Virus record (IMG/VR): IMGVR_UViG_3300044695_005266
Location: 2,767 to 66,766 of that record
Length of the DNA stretch: 64,000 nt
Source of the DNA: a virus
Reading direction: 5' to 3' (one strand)
The notes under the pieces were generated by a model that saw only the letters and a list, made by a program, of their open reading frames with translations, ran no database searches and had not been told where the DNA came from. The position numbers were made by a program, and so were the translations under genes. This document shows, one piece after another, positions 7,954 through 22,900 of this stretch (position 1 is the stretch's first letter; each line of letters starts with the position of its first letter).

Positions 7954-10900
7954 ATGGCATCACCATACGACGACCTTTTGACAGCGGAGGGGCCAGCGGG
8001 AGACTCCGCACGCTCACTCGCAGAACAAGACACGCAAGTTCAGGCAGGGGAAACCTACGCTGATACTTCAAAGCGCACAGAATACGAAGCGGCAGCGCAG
8101 GCCCGCATCCAAGTCCGCAAGGGCAAGGAACTCGCCTCACGCGGGCTTGTGCCCTACACCGACGCGCAGGGCGGAGTAAGCGCGGTCACGGACAAAGGCG
8201 GGGCGGCACTCACGAAATACGACCCGAAGAACCAGATCGCGTATGACTCGACAGGCAACCCTCAAAAGGTGGACTTTGACCAGTTCGGAAACCCGCAGAC
8301 AAGCGACCCCTTCGCGGGCCTCGCGCCGACGCTCGACGAAAAGACGGGCGAGAAGTATCTGATTGCGCCGGGGCTACCGTGGAGGCACGTAGGCACGGAT
8401 GCACAGGTGAAGAAAAAGGTGGAGTTCGCCAAAGAGGACAAGATGCTTGGCGAGGCTTCATCCACACTCGGACGAAAGCTGAACATAGACGAGAAGCAGC
8501 TAAACATCATCGAGAAGAACAAGAAGGAAGCCGCGCAACGTCTCGCCACAATGGGCATCGGCATCGAGAGCGAAGATGGTAGCCTGCCAAGCGGCGAGCA
8601 ACTAGCCGCAAAGATCAACGCCCACTTTGATTCCGAAATGCAGTCAGGCACCGCGACGAAGAAAGGGTTCTTCGGACTCGGCGGTGAAACCGACGAAGCG
8701 AAAGCCGAGCAGCAACAGATAGGGCAAAAACGCGCATCCGCTCTTGCGATTGCAGGCGAATACGCCAAGCACTACAACGACGGCAGGGCGATACAGCAAG
8801 GACAGGACGCGACACTTGCAAGACGGACGCAGATCGAGGCAGAAAGACTCAGGCGCGACGAGGAACTGCTACGGGATCAGGGCATGGGTGGATTACTCGG
8901 AGCGGAGGAACCCGCGCAGCCAACACAAACAAAGCAACCAGCGGCGGGACTGATTAAAGAGGGCAATATCGATCTCAATAATCGTCCCATCGTGAAGAAC
9001 GAAGATGGAACGATCAGCACGGTTCGTTCGATTGGCGTAGAAGTAGGCGGGAAGGAAGTTCTGATCCCAACCGTCAGTGATGACGGAAGGGTGATGAGCA
9101 ACGAGGAGGCGGTAAAAACATTCAAGCAGACAGGGAAGCACCTTGGAGTATTCGACACGCCAGAGAGCGCAAACGCCTACGCCGAGAAACTTCACAAAGA
9201 GCAAAACGTTCAATACACAGCAAAGGCAGCGGAGCAATCCAAACAGGATACGAAGCGCGGCATGGCGGCAATGGATGCCGTGAAGAAACTGCCACCGCTC
9301 GACATCGGCGACAAGATGAGCGACATTGGAAGCAACCCTCAACAGTTGGTTCCGTTCCTTTCTGGCGCATCGGAAATCAAGCATCTGGTTCAGGTCAAAC
9401 TCGCGGCGAACAGGCTGGAGGAGTCGGCCAAAACAAACTCAGATCCAAGCGCGGACGATCTTTCGCTGGTCAAAGCATTCGTGGAGAACAGCCAGCGCGA
9501 CACGACCTTTGGATACAAGGTTATGTCCGTGCTTTCCGCGCTGCCAGCATTCGCGGGAGAACTCGCGGCGACAGGCGGCATCTACACGGCGGCACAAAAG
9601 GCAACGCTCAAACTCGGCGCAAAGGCTTTGGAGAAGTTCGGCAGCGAGGCGGGCGCGAAACTCTTGGCACAACTCACAGAGCGGGCAATGGAGAAAGCGG
9701 CGGGCCTCGCCGTGAAAGGAACCATTGCAAAGACGGGCGCGATGAAAGCGGTGGAACTCGGCGCACGCAGCGCGGCTGCAATCGCTGGATCGCTGGCGCA
9801 AACCATACCAGCGGCGGGCCTGAACATCGCAGCGGAAACCGTGGAGAGAATGATCCCAAACATATCATTCAGCGAGGACGACAAGGGGAAGATCAACTAC
9901 CTGCTCGAAAACGCTGGCGACGACTTCACTTCCGCTCTCCAGAAATCATTCAAGAGTCAGTTCACAGAAGTTGCATCGGAAAAGACAGGCGGGATGCTCG
10001 CGTTCATCCCCGGCGCAGACAAACTGAAGCTACTCAAAGCAGGAGTGATGCGGCGTTGGTTCGGAATCAACCCAACAGCATCCCCTTCAACCTTTGCAAA
10101 AATGGTGCAGCGGGCAGGCTGGCATGGAATCATTGGGGAGGTATTCGAGGAGCGCGTGGGCGACGTGATGAAGGCGGGCCTTGGACTCCAAGAATGGAAG
10201 CACGTAATCCCGACATGGGAACAGTTTTTTGTGGAAGTCGCAGCGTTCGGTGTCCCGTCAGCGGCGGGCACAGCCTACGGCGCATACCGCAACAAGAAGT
10301 ATCAGGCCGCGGTCAAGGACATGGCGAACCAGTATCAGGAGCGCGAGCACGCGATTGGGCAAGTGGAGCCACCAGCAGGGGCCGAACCAGATCCAACATC
10401 GGAAGTTATCAGCACTATGATGCAGGGGAAGAACGCGCAGACGGCATCCTTCCTCGTCGGCCAGCATCCAGAATCCGCAAAGCAGACTTCCCGCATCATC
10501 GCCGAGACAATCCCGATGGACGTAGAGGACAGGCAAGACGCGACAGAGTTCATGTCCACGGCAGGCCCGCACACGTTTATCGCGCAGCATATCGGCAACC
10601 AAATGGTGTCGCAAGGTGTGATGACGGAAGCGGCGAACGAAATAGACTCCACACTGGAAGATGGCGGAGTCGAACAGCCAGAGCGCAGGGCAGCAATCGT
10701 GAACAATGCCGTTGGCTCAACCGCAATGGCGATGACAGTCAGGCAAGTGACGAGCGGAGCACCGATTACGAACAAGCTCGCCTACGAGTCCATGAAGGAG
10801 GCTGGAATCTTCACAGAGGAAACCGACGCAGCGGGCACGGTCACACGCTCGCTCGACAGGCGGGCAATCCAGCTTTTACCAACCAGCATCGCAGAGCGTA

Positions 10901-13900
10901 TATCTAACAACTTTTCCGAGTTGAAGGTAAGTAACACTCAGGACAGAACTCCGCTCACCGCGCACAAAGCCGCGATACAGTCAGGGCGCAGTCTCGTTCA
11001 CACGATGGCGCAGAGGCTTTCCGTATGGGAAGCCCCGCCCCCTCGTGACGCAGACCTTCCCGACCTTCCCGACGACGAGGTTACACCGCCCGCGAACCCA
11101 ATGGATGCCGAGCACGCCAATGTCGCCAATCTGGTTCAGGGAGTGATAACCAAGCACGCGGACAGACTGCGAGTTCTAGGGCACCCCGACAAGGCCACAG
11201 ACGAGAAAGGCACCCGCAAGGGCAAGTCAGGGTTACGCAACTTTGGCGGAATCATTCACCTTGACGCAGAGGCGTTATACGAAAGCACGAAAAATCTCAC
11301 GCCAGAGGAGCGTGCGGCATTTATCGAGAAAGCGACGGAGGAAGAAATTGACCACGCGGAAACCGTGGCATGGGCCTACGACAGAACCGCTACTCCAGAA
11401 GAACGCAAAAGGCGGCAGGCCAAGGTAAAGAAACTACTCAAGACCGAAGCTGGAATAGCGAAGGGACTGCAAGACGCCCGCAACGATTGGGGCACGCTCA
11501 CTGACGAAGAGAAGTCGTTTGAAGTCTGGCGTGCAATTATGCAGATGGCGCGTGATCCGAACAGCAGAACACCGCTGACGGAGAGCACTTGGCAGATGAT
11601 CGAGGAGTTTGTCGAATGGCTCAGGGGCCGTGTCGGAAATCTTTCTACCAACGCCAAGGAGTTGATGGGCGAACTGGAAACTTGGCTCGCCGAGCACAAA
11701 GCCGAACTGGACAAGGACAAGGGCAATGCCGACGCCGAAAAAGAGAGGGCGGACAAGGAGAAGGCCGAACAGGAGAAAGCCGAACAGGAAAAAGCCGACG
11801 CCGAGAAAGCCGAAAAGGAAAAAGCTGAGAAGGACAAGGCGGACTCCGAAAAGGCCGAACAGGAGAAGGCTGAAAAGGAGAAGGCGGATAAAGAAAAAGC
11901 TGAGAAGGAAAAAGCCGAAAAAGACAAAGCCGACGCCGAAAAGGACAAGCCGAATCCTCCGAAGGACGAAGATCAAAAGCCGCCGAAGGACGAGGAAAAG
12001 GACAAGCCGAAACCACCAGAGGCGGGAGGAAAGAGAAAAGTGGAGGGAGCAAAAGATTGGGAGAACGCTGGCATCGATCTATTTGCCGCCGCCCCAACAA
12101 AATTATCGCTTGCTGCCGCTAAACCAGAAAGCAAGTTCGGAACCAACGTGGGAGATTTGATAATCGCCGCCCAAGCAGGCACGCTAGACCTGAAGAATCC
12201 AGAGGTTCTGGCGAAACTCAACGGAATAGGGGAGGGAATACTGAGCGAAGCAGAGGAGAACCCAAGTGTTAGAACCCCTGAGGGATTCACGGCGAGATTC
12301 TTAGCGTTCTTGAAGAAGTTCGGAAAAGAAGATGCCCTGACAGGGCGGGTAGTCCACATAGTTTGGGGGCTGGCTGACGAAACCCTGCCAGAAGTATCCA
12401 GAACTGAGTTTGAGACAATACTTGAAGATCTTCGCAACCCGAAGGAGAAAACCTACCGCTGGATCACTCCCGAAATGGAGAAGGCGGGATGGAAGGAAAA
12501 GTTCATCAACACGGGACTCATCCCGCAGCATCAAATCACGACGCCAGAGGGGATGGTTTTTACCGCCGTGGAGGACGAAGCGCACCCCGGCTTCGGAGGC
12601 TACAACTTCCTCGTCACGGATAGGAACTTTGCGCCCGAAAAAGAAGCTGACCTTGAGGACGGATCGACAGCATGGGTGAAGGACGGGAACAAGTATGCTT
12701 TCAAGCAGATCGAATCGGCACGGAAATACGCCAACCAAAAGGAAGCGGAGAAACCCCCACGGGAATACAGCAAATACGAACCACTGCCGCCAACAGCAGA
12801 GGGATATTTCCCTACCACGCAAAGCAACGACGAATCACTCCCGAATGACTTCCCCGGCAAAGCGGAAAGCCCCAAGCTCGCCAATGTAGCGGCAGCGGAG
12901 GATCTCATTGCTCAAGTGAAGCTGGAGTTCGGCCCGCTCTGGAGCAGGGTAGGAATCACCGTAGCTGAAGGAGATCCAAACGCAAAGGCATTGGCCTACG
13001 TGAAAGGAAACGGATTCAAGGAAATCTTCGTAGTCACACCGAAACTCCTCTACGCGCTCATGGACAGCGCACACCCCACCGCGCTCGCCAGAAACATCAT
13101 GTATCACGAAACGATACACGCGATGTTCAACAAAGTGATCTTCATGGAAGTCAGGGCCATGTCGCCAAGCCAACGCGAATCATTGGCGAAGAAACTCGAA
13201 ATCGAACTCTCGGCAGGAACCGATGAGGATCAGCAGCAGGAACTCTTTCTCGCTTACCACGCCAGAATACTCAACGACCTTGGAAAAGAGTTGCATCACC
13301 TACACCCACGCGAAGCGAAGCTTGCGGACGAACTCTACCAGAGCGGGCGCGGCAATCTACTCGGCGCGGGCAACCTTGCACATGAAGTGTTCAGGCAGGC
13401 CATTCAGAACCGTGTCTTTGGAAGGTTCGATGAGGCATGGCATACAGGCATATTCACATCGCAAATATCCAGCATTTTAACCCGCGTTCTCGCGTGGATC
13501 AAACGCATCTTCACGGGCAAGGAACTCCGCAAAAGCCCGCTGTTCGAGAACTACGTTGGCCGAGTCGAGCGTGTCCTCTTGAAGAATGGGTATGACCGCA
13601 TCATAACGACTTCCGAAGATTACTCAGAGGCGATCAAGGAAAGGCTTTTGGCTGGAATCAAGATCACCACTCCCGAACTTCAGTTGATGGGTTCTGGCCT
13701 GAACATGAACAAAACCGAACTGCTGTATTGGGCGCAGCGCGGAGTGTTCAGGGCCGCACAGGTAATATCTCAGCATCCAATACTTCCCACGGAACTGATC
13801 GTGGACAGGCTATCGCAACTGGACAAGGACTCGCCAGAGATCACACAGGACGCATCACGGGAGACGAATCTGAAGCCAGTAGTGGCGTATTACGCGAGCA

Positions 13901-16900
13901 GGCTCGCAAACGCGGCGGGAGAGAAAATACAGTGCGCCATCGTTTCCGACGACCTGATGCCGCACTTGGAGCGGGACAACCGCGAGCAACTGACCCACGC
14001 ATATTCAGAGGACTTGGGGCAGAAGGAACTACTGGAAAGCATCGGCGTAACGTCCGCGCCGTCCATGAACTCCTTGGAGGAGAATCAGATCAAGCACACA
14101 CACAAGTCGCTGATTTACTCGACCAACGAAACCGCGATTGCCGACACGGAACCAGAGCAGACAGTTAAGATCGGCTCCGTGGAGTTCAAATCGCGGAACA
14201 TGAACTTCATCAACGCGCTCAACCTACTGGACGAACAACTTCACTCGGCGGGTTCAGCGGTTCTTGTGCTGCCGTCCGTGGACGGAACCACGCCCGAAGA
14301 ACGCCTCGCGGCCTACCAGAGCGAAGATTGGAAAAACTTCTCCAGTATCCTCTATCGGAATTACGGTGTAGCGAGCCACGTTACAGTCAGCGATGCACTG
14401 CTGAATACCGACTCGCCACCCCTTGACATTATCTACATAAAGAGGAAAACTGGTTCAGCTTCGATTAGGACACCACACAAGGAAGCACCACCCATAATTT
14501 CGACAGTCGCAGAACTCAGACAGAAACTATACGATCATGAGCACCCAACTACAAAAGCACCCAAAGCTGGCGGCAATGCTGGAGGAACACGGAATGACCG
14601 TGATGAACCGCCTAAGCCACCAACTAGAGGAAACCCGAAAGATGGTAATGGCGGACGAGATAACGGAGACGACAATAGCGGAGGAAGTGATGGGTTGCCT
14701 CCCAAGGAGGGCGGTGGAGAAACTGGCGGCGGCAGTGAATCGGGGGGTAAGCGTGGAGGTATTTCAGTCGATCTTGGGAGACGAACTCACGAATCTGGAC
14801 TCGATGTAGAGACGCTGGTTCAGCCAGACGAGGGCGACGACTTCCAATCTCTGTATAGGGGAGAGTCCACCGTTAATCCCGGCAAAACACTCACGCCGAA
14901 AAACCTTGTCCAAAAACAAAAGAATGTTCTCGAACAGGTAAAGGAAGAGGTTGGAGACATAGACGAGTTCGTGATCAAGGAACTTGGATACAAAGACCGA
15001 GCGGAACTCGGAAAACGGCTCATGTCCGAGCAAGTGGACGCGGTTGCGCTTTCGATATGGAACCACCGCAGGGGCATAGCAACCATCAACGGGGATCAGA
15101 CAGGGATCGGAAAAGGGCGCGTTTTGGCGGCACTGATGAAGTGGTGCTTGAGGAACGACCTGACTCCGATCTTTATGACGGAGAAGCCGAACCTGTTCAT
15201 GGATATGCTGCGCGATGCGAACAACATCGGCGCGTTTTTTGAGGGAGATACCGACAGGATTGAACCGTTTATCATAGCGAACGATGTCAAGCTCTCCACA
15301 GAAATCGAGGGCAAGACACTGCCGTATAATACACCCGACGACCAAGTGAAGAACAAGGTGTGGGGAATTGCAAAGGACGGGCAACTTCCGAAGGGATACA
15401 ACGTAATCTTCGTCAATTATTCACAGATAGACCAAGAAATACTCCCGCCAGAACACTACGAGTTTCCAGACCCGAACACGCCAGTAACATTACTTTCGTC
15501 AGAGGACAGGGCGATTCGGAAGGACACAATTAGGACGCAGGCTTTACGGGCACTTGCGCCCAAGGCGATGTTGCTGATGGACGAGTCGCACTTTGCGGCA
15601 GGAGAATCGGCAAGCGAATCAGAGGATGGCAAGCGGGTGGACAAGATGCTCGGCATCATGGATAAGATGAGCGGAGTATATTACTCCTCCGCCACCTACG
15701 CCAAACGCGCCTCCTCAATTCCGCTCTACTATCGCACGGCAATCTCACGGAGCGGCATCGAGGCAAAGAAGATCGGAGAAATCATGCACGTAGGCGGGGC
15801 ACCGCTACAACAGGAAGTGGCCTCAATGCTCGCGGAAAGCTCGATGTTCAGAAGGGAGCGAAGTATGCGCGGTGTCTCGTTCGGCATTAAACAGACCGAG
15901 CAATACAGGGAGCGCGACAGGGAGATCGGAAACCAATTCTCAGACATGGTTCAGGAAGTCGCCAGATACCAGAACAACCTAAAGGAAAACCTGAGCAAAC
16001 TAGAGGCGGCGATGCAGGAAAAAGGGATGTGTCAGCAAAAGGACTCCGCCGACAAACCGATGGGTAAAAAAGTAAAGCTGAGTTCATATAATTTTGGAAG
16101 ATCGTTTTTCCACGTAATCGAAACGCTCCTGTTCTCCATGAAAGCCGACGCCGTTGCGGACGACGCAATCGAGCGCGTGAAGAACGGAAATAAAAAGAAC
16201 CCGCTCACAGAAGAACAGTTGCACTTGATGAACCAGATCGAGGCGGCAGCGATGAAGCGCGGAGGAGATCCGTTGAAAGAAAGGTTTTCAAAATACGGCA
16301 CGACTGAACCGTTCCACGCGCAGGACATTCCAGAGGGAGACATGAACCTGCTCTACGCCTCAATGACGAGGCCAGAGGAAATGGAATACCGAACGCACAG
16401 GGATAGCCAAAGACCGCAAAAGGTAGTCATAGCGATTAACCAGACGGGCGAGGCAACGCTGGAAGCTCTGAAAGAAATGGGACTGGATAAAACCTACAAC
16501 TCGGCACTGGAGCGGTATATGAACAAGATCGCGGAGGGGATAGCGGTCAAGTGGGAAGGAGGCTCAACCAAGAAAAACCTCCTCGGCCCCAACGCCGCCT
16601 CTTTGTTGTGGGACACATTGCCAAACCTGCATGGCGAGAACGTATCGGATATGCCCGAATACAAGAAGTTGCTTTCGGACGCACGCGCCGACTACGAGAA
16701 ACTTGTTGGACTTGTGCGAAGCAACGAAGAACTCAAGAAACTACCCGTCTCGCCGATAGACCACATCACAGACAGGCTGAAAAAGGCAAGTATCGAGTTC
16801 GGCGAATATACAAGTCGCACCAACCAGTTAAAGGAGGGCGTTATTATAGACAGACCCGACGACGAGAGTTCGCCAAAAAACAGAGGGCGGATGAACAAGA

Positions 16901-19900
16901 AGTTCAACAACGAGGATCTGGACGTGATGATCATTAACGCATCGGGTGCGGTTGGTATCTCCCTTCATTCATCGCGGGACGACTCTATAAATCTAAAGCA
17001 GCGCGTCATGTTCATCATGTCGCCTATCACTGAGATCAACGGGTTTCAGCAGATCATCGGACGCATCATGCGAACTGGAATGGTGCAGCGGCCAGAATAC
17101 CTACTCATCCAGACAACGCTACCGCACGAAACCCGAAAGGCATCATTCCTACGGGCGAAGCTGTCCAAGCTGAACGCATCCACTACCAGCAACAAGGACA
17201 CGGCGATGACAGGCTCCGTGGAACTACCAGACTTCTTCAACCAAATCGGCGACGATGTTGCGCTGGAGACGCTACTGGAGCACCCGCAGGTTCTTGCCGA
17301 AATGCCCCTAAAGTTTCCGCCGAATATGTTGCCGCCAATGAAGGCGGCATTACTCAATCAGTATTACAAAGCAAAATCAACATGGGAAGGCGGGTTTGTC
17401 AGAACCTTCAGCGGATGGATGAGCACCGTGTCGCCCGACACGATGGACGCATTCTGGAGCGATTTCGGCGAGCGATTCAAAGGCAGGCTGCGCGGGCTTA
17501 TCGAGAACGGGGAAGATCCATTCGCCACGAACGAGAGGGACTTTCAAGCCGAGTTGGTTGCGGCAAACACAATCTTCGACGAAGTGGACGCTGACGTATC
17601 CTTCGGGCAAAAAGCTGTCATTGAAAAACTGAAGGTCAAAGAGGGCGGCGAGCCGATGAGCACGGACGACGCATACGAAGAGGCAAACAAGAACGCCCGC
17701 CGCTGGCTCGAAAAACCGAAGGAGAAATACAGCGGAACCAAACCACTCGACCCGAACGAACGGCGCAGGCGCGACGAAGAAAACTTGCGGCAGGACAGGC
17801 GAACCGAAGTGGACAAGATTCTCGACGAATGGGAAAACAAGAAATCGGACGAAATCAAAGTCGCACAGGATTCCGCACGCGCACGCTTCGAGAAGAAGTG
17901 GAAAGCGGTTCTCGGAAGGCGCGAGGAACGCGACAAACAAATCCGCAATGGAAAGCCGAACGAACTCCAGCAGCTACTCGGTCAAACCATAAAAGAAAAA
18001 ACCGAGGCTGAATACAAAGAGGAGATCGACGCGCTCAATAAAGAGGAGGAGACGGAGCACGAACGCGATCTGGCGCACGCCTTAGTCGTGGCGGAGAGGG
18101 GTGTCGCAAGACCCTACGAGAAGGCCCGCGAAAACATCATCACGGCACTCAACATCGTCGCATCACCAAGGCACGCCAATACATTCCAAGTAGGAATCGG
18201 CGCGGGCGAGGACGCCGAGCGAGTTCTTGCGATATGCACCGACATCCTGCTCCGTCCTGATAGCCCTACAAGTTCAGCGGATCACCTTCTCATTTTCCGC
18301 GTGAATGATGGGCGCAACAAGGGAATGGTGAAAGTTCCACTTTCTCAGCTTGCCAGCATCATCCGTTGGCAACCCAACAGCCCGCAGTTCGGCGGCAACT
18401 ACGACTTCCAATCTGATTGGGACAAGACCATGCGGAGGGAGCGGATTCGCTACGTGGTAACGGGCAACGCGATTGGCGGCTACAAGGCACTGCTCGACAG
18501 AAAGGTGAAAGGCAAAATGTCCTTCATCACGTTCACCCGAAATGACGGGGAGATCTCGAAAGGCATTCTATTGCCAGCAAACTTCACAGGATTCACGGAG
18601 AGGAAAATAACAACAGGCTCCGAAATGCGGCAAGCATTGGAAATCAGAAGGGCCACGCTCGCGCTTGCAGAAGCGCAAGGCTCGATGGTTTTCGACCCAT
18701 ATCGCAGGACGGTGAAAATATCAGTATCCGCAAAAGCGACAAACACCGCCGCCCAATCCATCATAAACGATAGGGCACTCCTCACGCACCTAATCAACAC
18801 CAGTGGAAGTCGGACATGGAACGTATCGCCAAGAAAGCCAGCAACGGCCACATTCCACATCACCAACGCAATCTCCGTGTTCGACGCACTTGCGAGACTG
18901 AAGATCACGGTGAACGAACCCACCGCGCCGGGGGCCGACCTCACATCCTATCCATCGCAAGACACCGATCCAGACGATGACGGGCCAGACGGCGGAGGCG
19001 GAGGGAGATCGCCGAACCTCAACGCCGCCACTCCGAACAAGCAGGCTGGCCCCGCCGCCGACGCGAGCAGGAAGGACGTAACCACAGCCATGATCGCCAG
19101 ACTCAAAAAGCTGTTCGACATGAGCGAAGGGGAGCCAACCCAAACATCGGGCGCGTGGTTCTCGGCGGAAATCACCGACGAGCACGGGGAGATAACAGCA
19201 CGCGGACTCACGGTGAAGATTCCAAACGAAAAGCTGCAAGGTGACGTGACGGAAGCAGACGCCGAAATTACAGGAGACTTCAAAAGCGAATCATCCGTCC
19301 CGCCGCAGTCCAAGGCAACGAGAGCAACTGGCGTGGCGAACGGAGTCGAAGCGCAGGGGCACTACGAACTCATCGAGGCTGACGACCTGAAGAAACTCAT
19401 TCAGCGGGAAGTCGGCGATGCACAGAACCGCGACAGAACCACGAACGAAGCGTCCAAGCGGCAAATTGAAATGATTCGGCAAAAGCCAGACCCAAGTATG
19501 CTCACCGAAAACTCCGTGTCATTGACGGGAGCACCAAGCATTGACGACGAAGCAATCTTGGCAGGCAACGGGCGGGCGGACGGTGTGACGCAAGCATGGG
19601 ACACAAACCCGACAGGCATTAAGCCATACCGCGAAAGCATTGAAGAGTCCGCGAAACGATTGGGCCTGCAAAGCAAGCTGGCAGGAATGAAGCAACCCGT
19701 CTTGGTGTTCAGAGTCACAGGCTACAAGAACGGCACACGCCGCGACTTCATCACGCAATCCAATCCGAAAAGCATCGGCCTGAACGAGAACACGGTTGAG
19801 GAGGCACTGAACGATTACGAAGCACTTGCCGCAACGCCGAACATCGTAGAGTTCACCGAGGGCGGAGATCTCACGGCGCAATCATTGCAGATGGTGGCAA

Positions 19901-22900
19901 GCGTGATGGAGAAGAAACTTCGCCCGCTCAAGGAGGACTCGAAAGGCAAGTTCAACTTGGCGGACGGCACACGCCGCGTGCAGGCGGCGATGCTCGCTGG
20001 CATGGCGCGGAAGGCGGGACTCAAGTATGGCGAACTCGCGCAGGTCATGGAGAGCGAAAACGGCAAGCGTGCGATTTCCACCATCCTAGCGAGGGCGGGA
20101 CGACTCGCGGGCCTCGACTCCGACCTTTCACTCGCAAGCCCAATCATGGCGGCACTGGCGGCATTCCAGCGCGGAATAGCGGCGGTGAAGGGAGAGCAAT
20201 ACAAGAGTCTGGAGGAATGGTTCAGCAACAGAAAGATGGAGTTGATCAAGGACGACCTGAGTGCAGAGGGAGAAGCCTTGCTCTCGTTGTTCTCGCGCTC
20301 GCAGAGATCCGCCAAGGAACTTGCCACCGTTTTAGACGCATATTTAGTGCTGGCAAAAGAAGAACAAAATCAGCGTGACTTGGATAAAGAAACGGGCGAT
20401 ATGTTCGGAAATGAACGCGCCAAAGTCAGTCCCTTCACCCTCCTCTCAAAAATCACGAACACCGCGAGTGCCGAGAACGGCGAACTCTTTACTGAGGGAG
20501 GCAGCAGCAAGCCTGAAAATCCCGCTCCCGCCGCCGAGGACAAAGTAGAACCTCCCGCCGAGGAAAAGCCTGAACCTCCGAAAGAGGAAGAAAAGCAGAC
20601 CCCGCTCAAGGAGCAGCCAGAGGACACAGACGGATCGATTCCTGAAGAACCAGATTTCGGCGCGGACACCGAGGAAGGAATGATCGGCAGACGGCCAATC
20701 AAAGTCAGCGACAAACCGACACCCGAATACAAAGGGCAAACAGTAGGCACACGCGAGGCGCAAAAATCACTCGAAGCAATCGGCGCAGCGGTAGGCAAAA
20801 CGGTTCCGTTCCAAGTCGGCAGAGTAAAAGGGAAACAGAGCGGCACGTTCAAGGAGCATCCCGAAGTGGTCAGGATGCGGACAGCACTCAGCCTCGACGT
20901 GGCCGCGCATGAGACAGGGCATCTTCTCGCCAAGGTTCTCTACAAAACCCTGCGAATCGGTTCACAGAAAGGCGTTGTGCCAAACAACGTATTGCGCGAA
21001 CTAAAAAAACTCGGCGAAGATTTATACGGCGGAGCGAAGCCAATCGGCAGCTACACCAGCGAGGGATTCGCTGAGTTCTGGAGACTTTACTTCACCACGG
21101 ACAACGCTGAAGCAGAGGCACCCAACGCATACAAGTATTTTACGGAAACCGTTCTCCCGCTGTTCGCAGAAGTGGAGAGCGCAGTGAAGCAGGCCCGCGA
21201 AGCATTCACACAATACCGCGCACAAGGAGTCAGGAATAAAGCATCGGCGGACGTGGTTGATCCGAATAGCTCGGCAAACAAGCTGAAGCGTTTCAAGCAG
21301 TCCATGTCTCGGCCTGAACTGATCAGGAAGTGGGTGGACGAACTCGAACCGATACGCCAGATGGTAGCGGAGGCGGAAGGAAAGCTAGGCGACTCACTCC
21401 CGATTGACAGCAACCCATACGCAATGGCGAGCGCACTGCGCGGCACGGCAAAACTTGTGGCAGCGTATATGAATGAGAAGGCGATGCGCGACTTCGCTGG
21501 AAACATTACAGGGCAGGGACTCTCGGAAATCATGGCAATCGTGAAGGGCAACGAGTCCGACTTCATGCTGTTCCTTTGGGCGCACCACGCGCTTGAAAGA
21601 TGGGATGCGAACAAGAACCCCGGCCTCACGCGGGCGGAGGCACAGTTCCTCGTTGATGAACTCGGCAAAGATCCGAACTTCAACATCGCAGCGGACAAAT
21701 ACTGGAACTGGAACCGTGGCTTGATGAACTACGTGCGGGAGGCAAGCCCAAGCATCGCCCCGCTGATCGACAGCATCACGTCACGCTGGAAGAAATACAT
21801 CCCGCTCTCCCGCTGGTTTGAGCCGGGCGAAGTTCGCACCGCCATCCAAAGCGCACAAACAGGCGCAAGCACGGCACTCAAGAGCATCACCCGTTTCGGC
21901 TCAGGGCGCGAGATACTGGAGCCAATGCCAGTGATTCTGAACAACGCCGAGAAATGGATCGAACTCGCTCACAAGCGGGTGATTCTGGATGCTGTGATGA
22001 ATCTCAGGAAGATTGAAGGACTCGGCTTTCAAATCGAGGAAGTGCCGCGTGGCCTGAAAATGAACTCGCTCACCGTGGGCGACATTCGCGATCAGTTGGA
22101 GAAGATGGGCATGGATACCTCCACCGTGGAGGACGACGACATTCTCAACTACTTCACGCCGATGTCGAAGCCGAAGGGGAAAGACCCGATCATTTCCCAC
22201 TCCGTAGAAGTGATGAATCCCGAAACAGGGAAGAAGGAACTCAAGACAAAGTGGTTCTTCGTGGAGCCTCGCATCTTCGACGCACTGGAGGGCATTGACC
22301 TTTACAGGCTGCCAAAAGCACTGAACCTATTGCTCGGTTTCCCTGCCAGAATGTTCCGACTTGGAACCACGGGACTCCGCGCATCGTTCAGCTTCTTCAC
22401 CAACCCCGCCCGCGACTTGCCGACATTGCTCATGCAGTCCGACAGCAAGGCTAGTGCGCTCACACTGTTCGGATCATGGGTTCGCAGTTTCGGCGCACTA
22501 TGGAACCCGAACAGACTTCGCGGACAGAATCATCCGCTCATAGATATGTTCGACAGGTTGGGCCTGCAAGTAGGCCAGCCGCTCGGACAGGACATCGATC
22601 CCTACAAGCAGCACCAATCCAAGAGTCTTTCAGGGCGCATGGTTCACAGGGCGCACAACGCAATCGAGACGCTTCAAAAACTGTTCTCCGTCAGCGAATC
22701 CGCCCCGCGCATTGCCGAAATGGAGCAGATTGCGAAAGACGTAGGTTGGGATTGGAAAGCAGGCGCACCGATAACCACCAAGCAGATGTATGCGATCATG
22801 CTCGCGGCCAAGAGATCCACGGTGGACTTCTCGGCGGCAGGCTCCTACGCGAAGGCTGTCAATCAGGCCATCCCGTTCTTCAACGCGACCATTCAGGGTG

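Noticed and set aside
11720-11945. Tandem repeats as a CRISPR array or DGR repeat
   Set aside because: They are degenerate, in-frame, encode EKAEK pentads and have no unique spacers; no cas or reverse transcriptase gene is visible.
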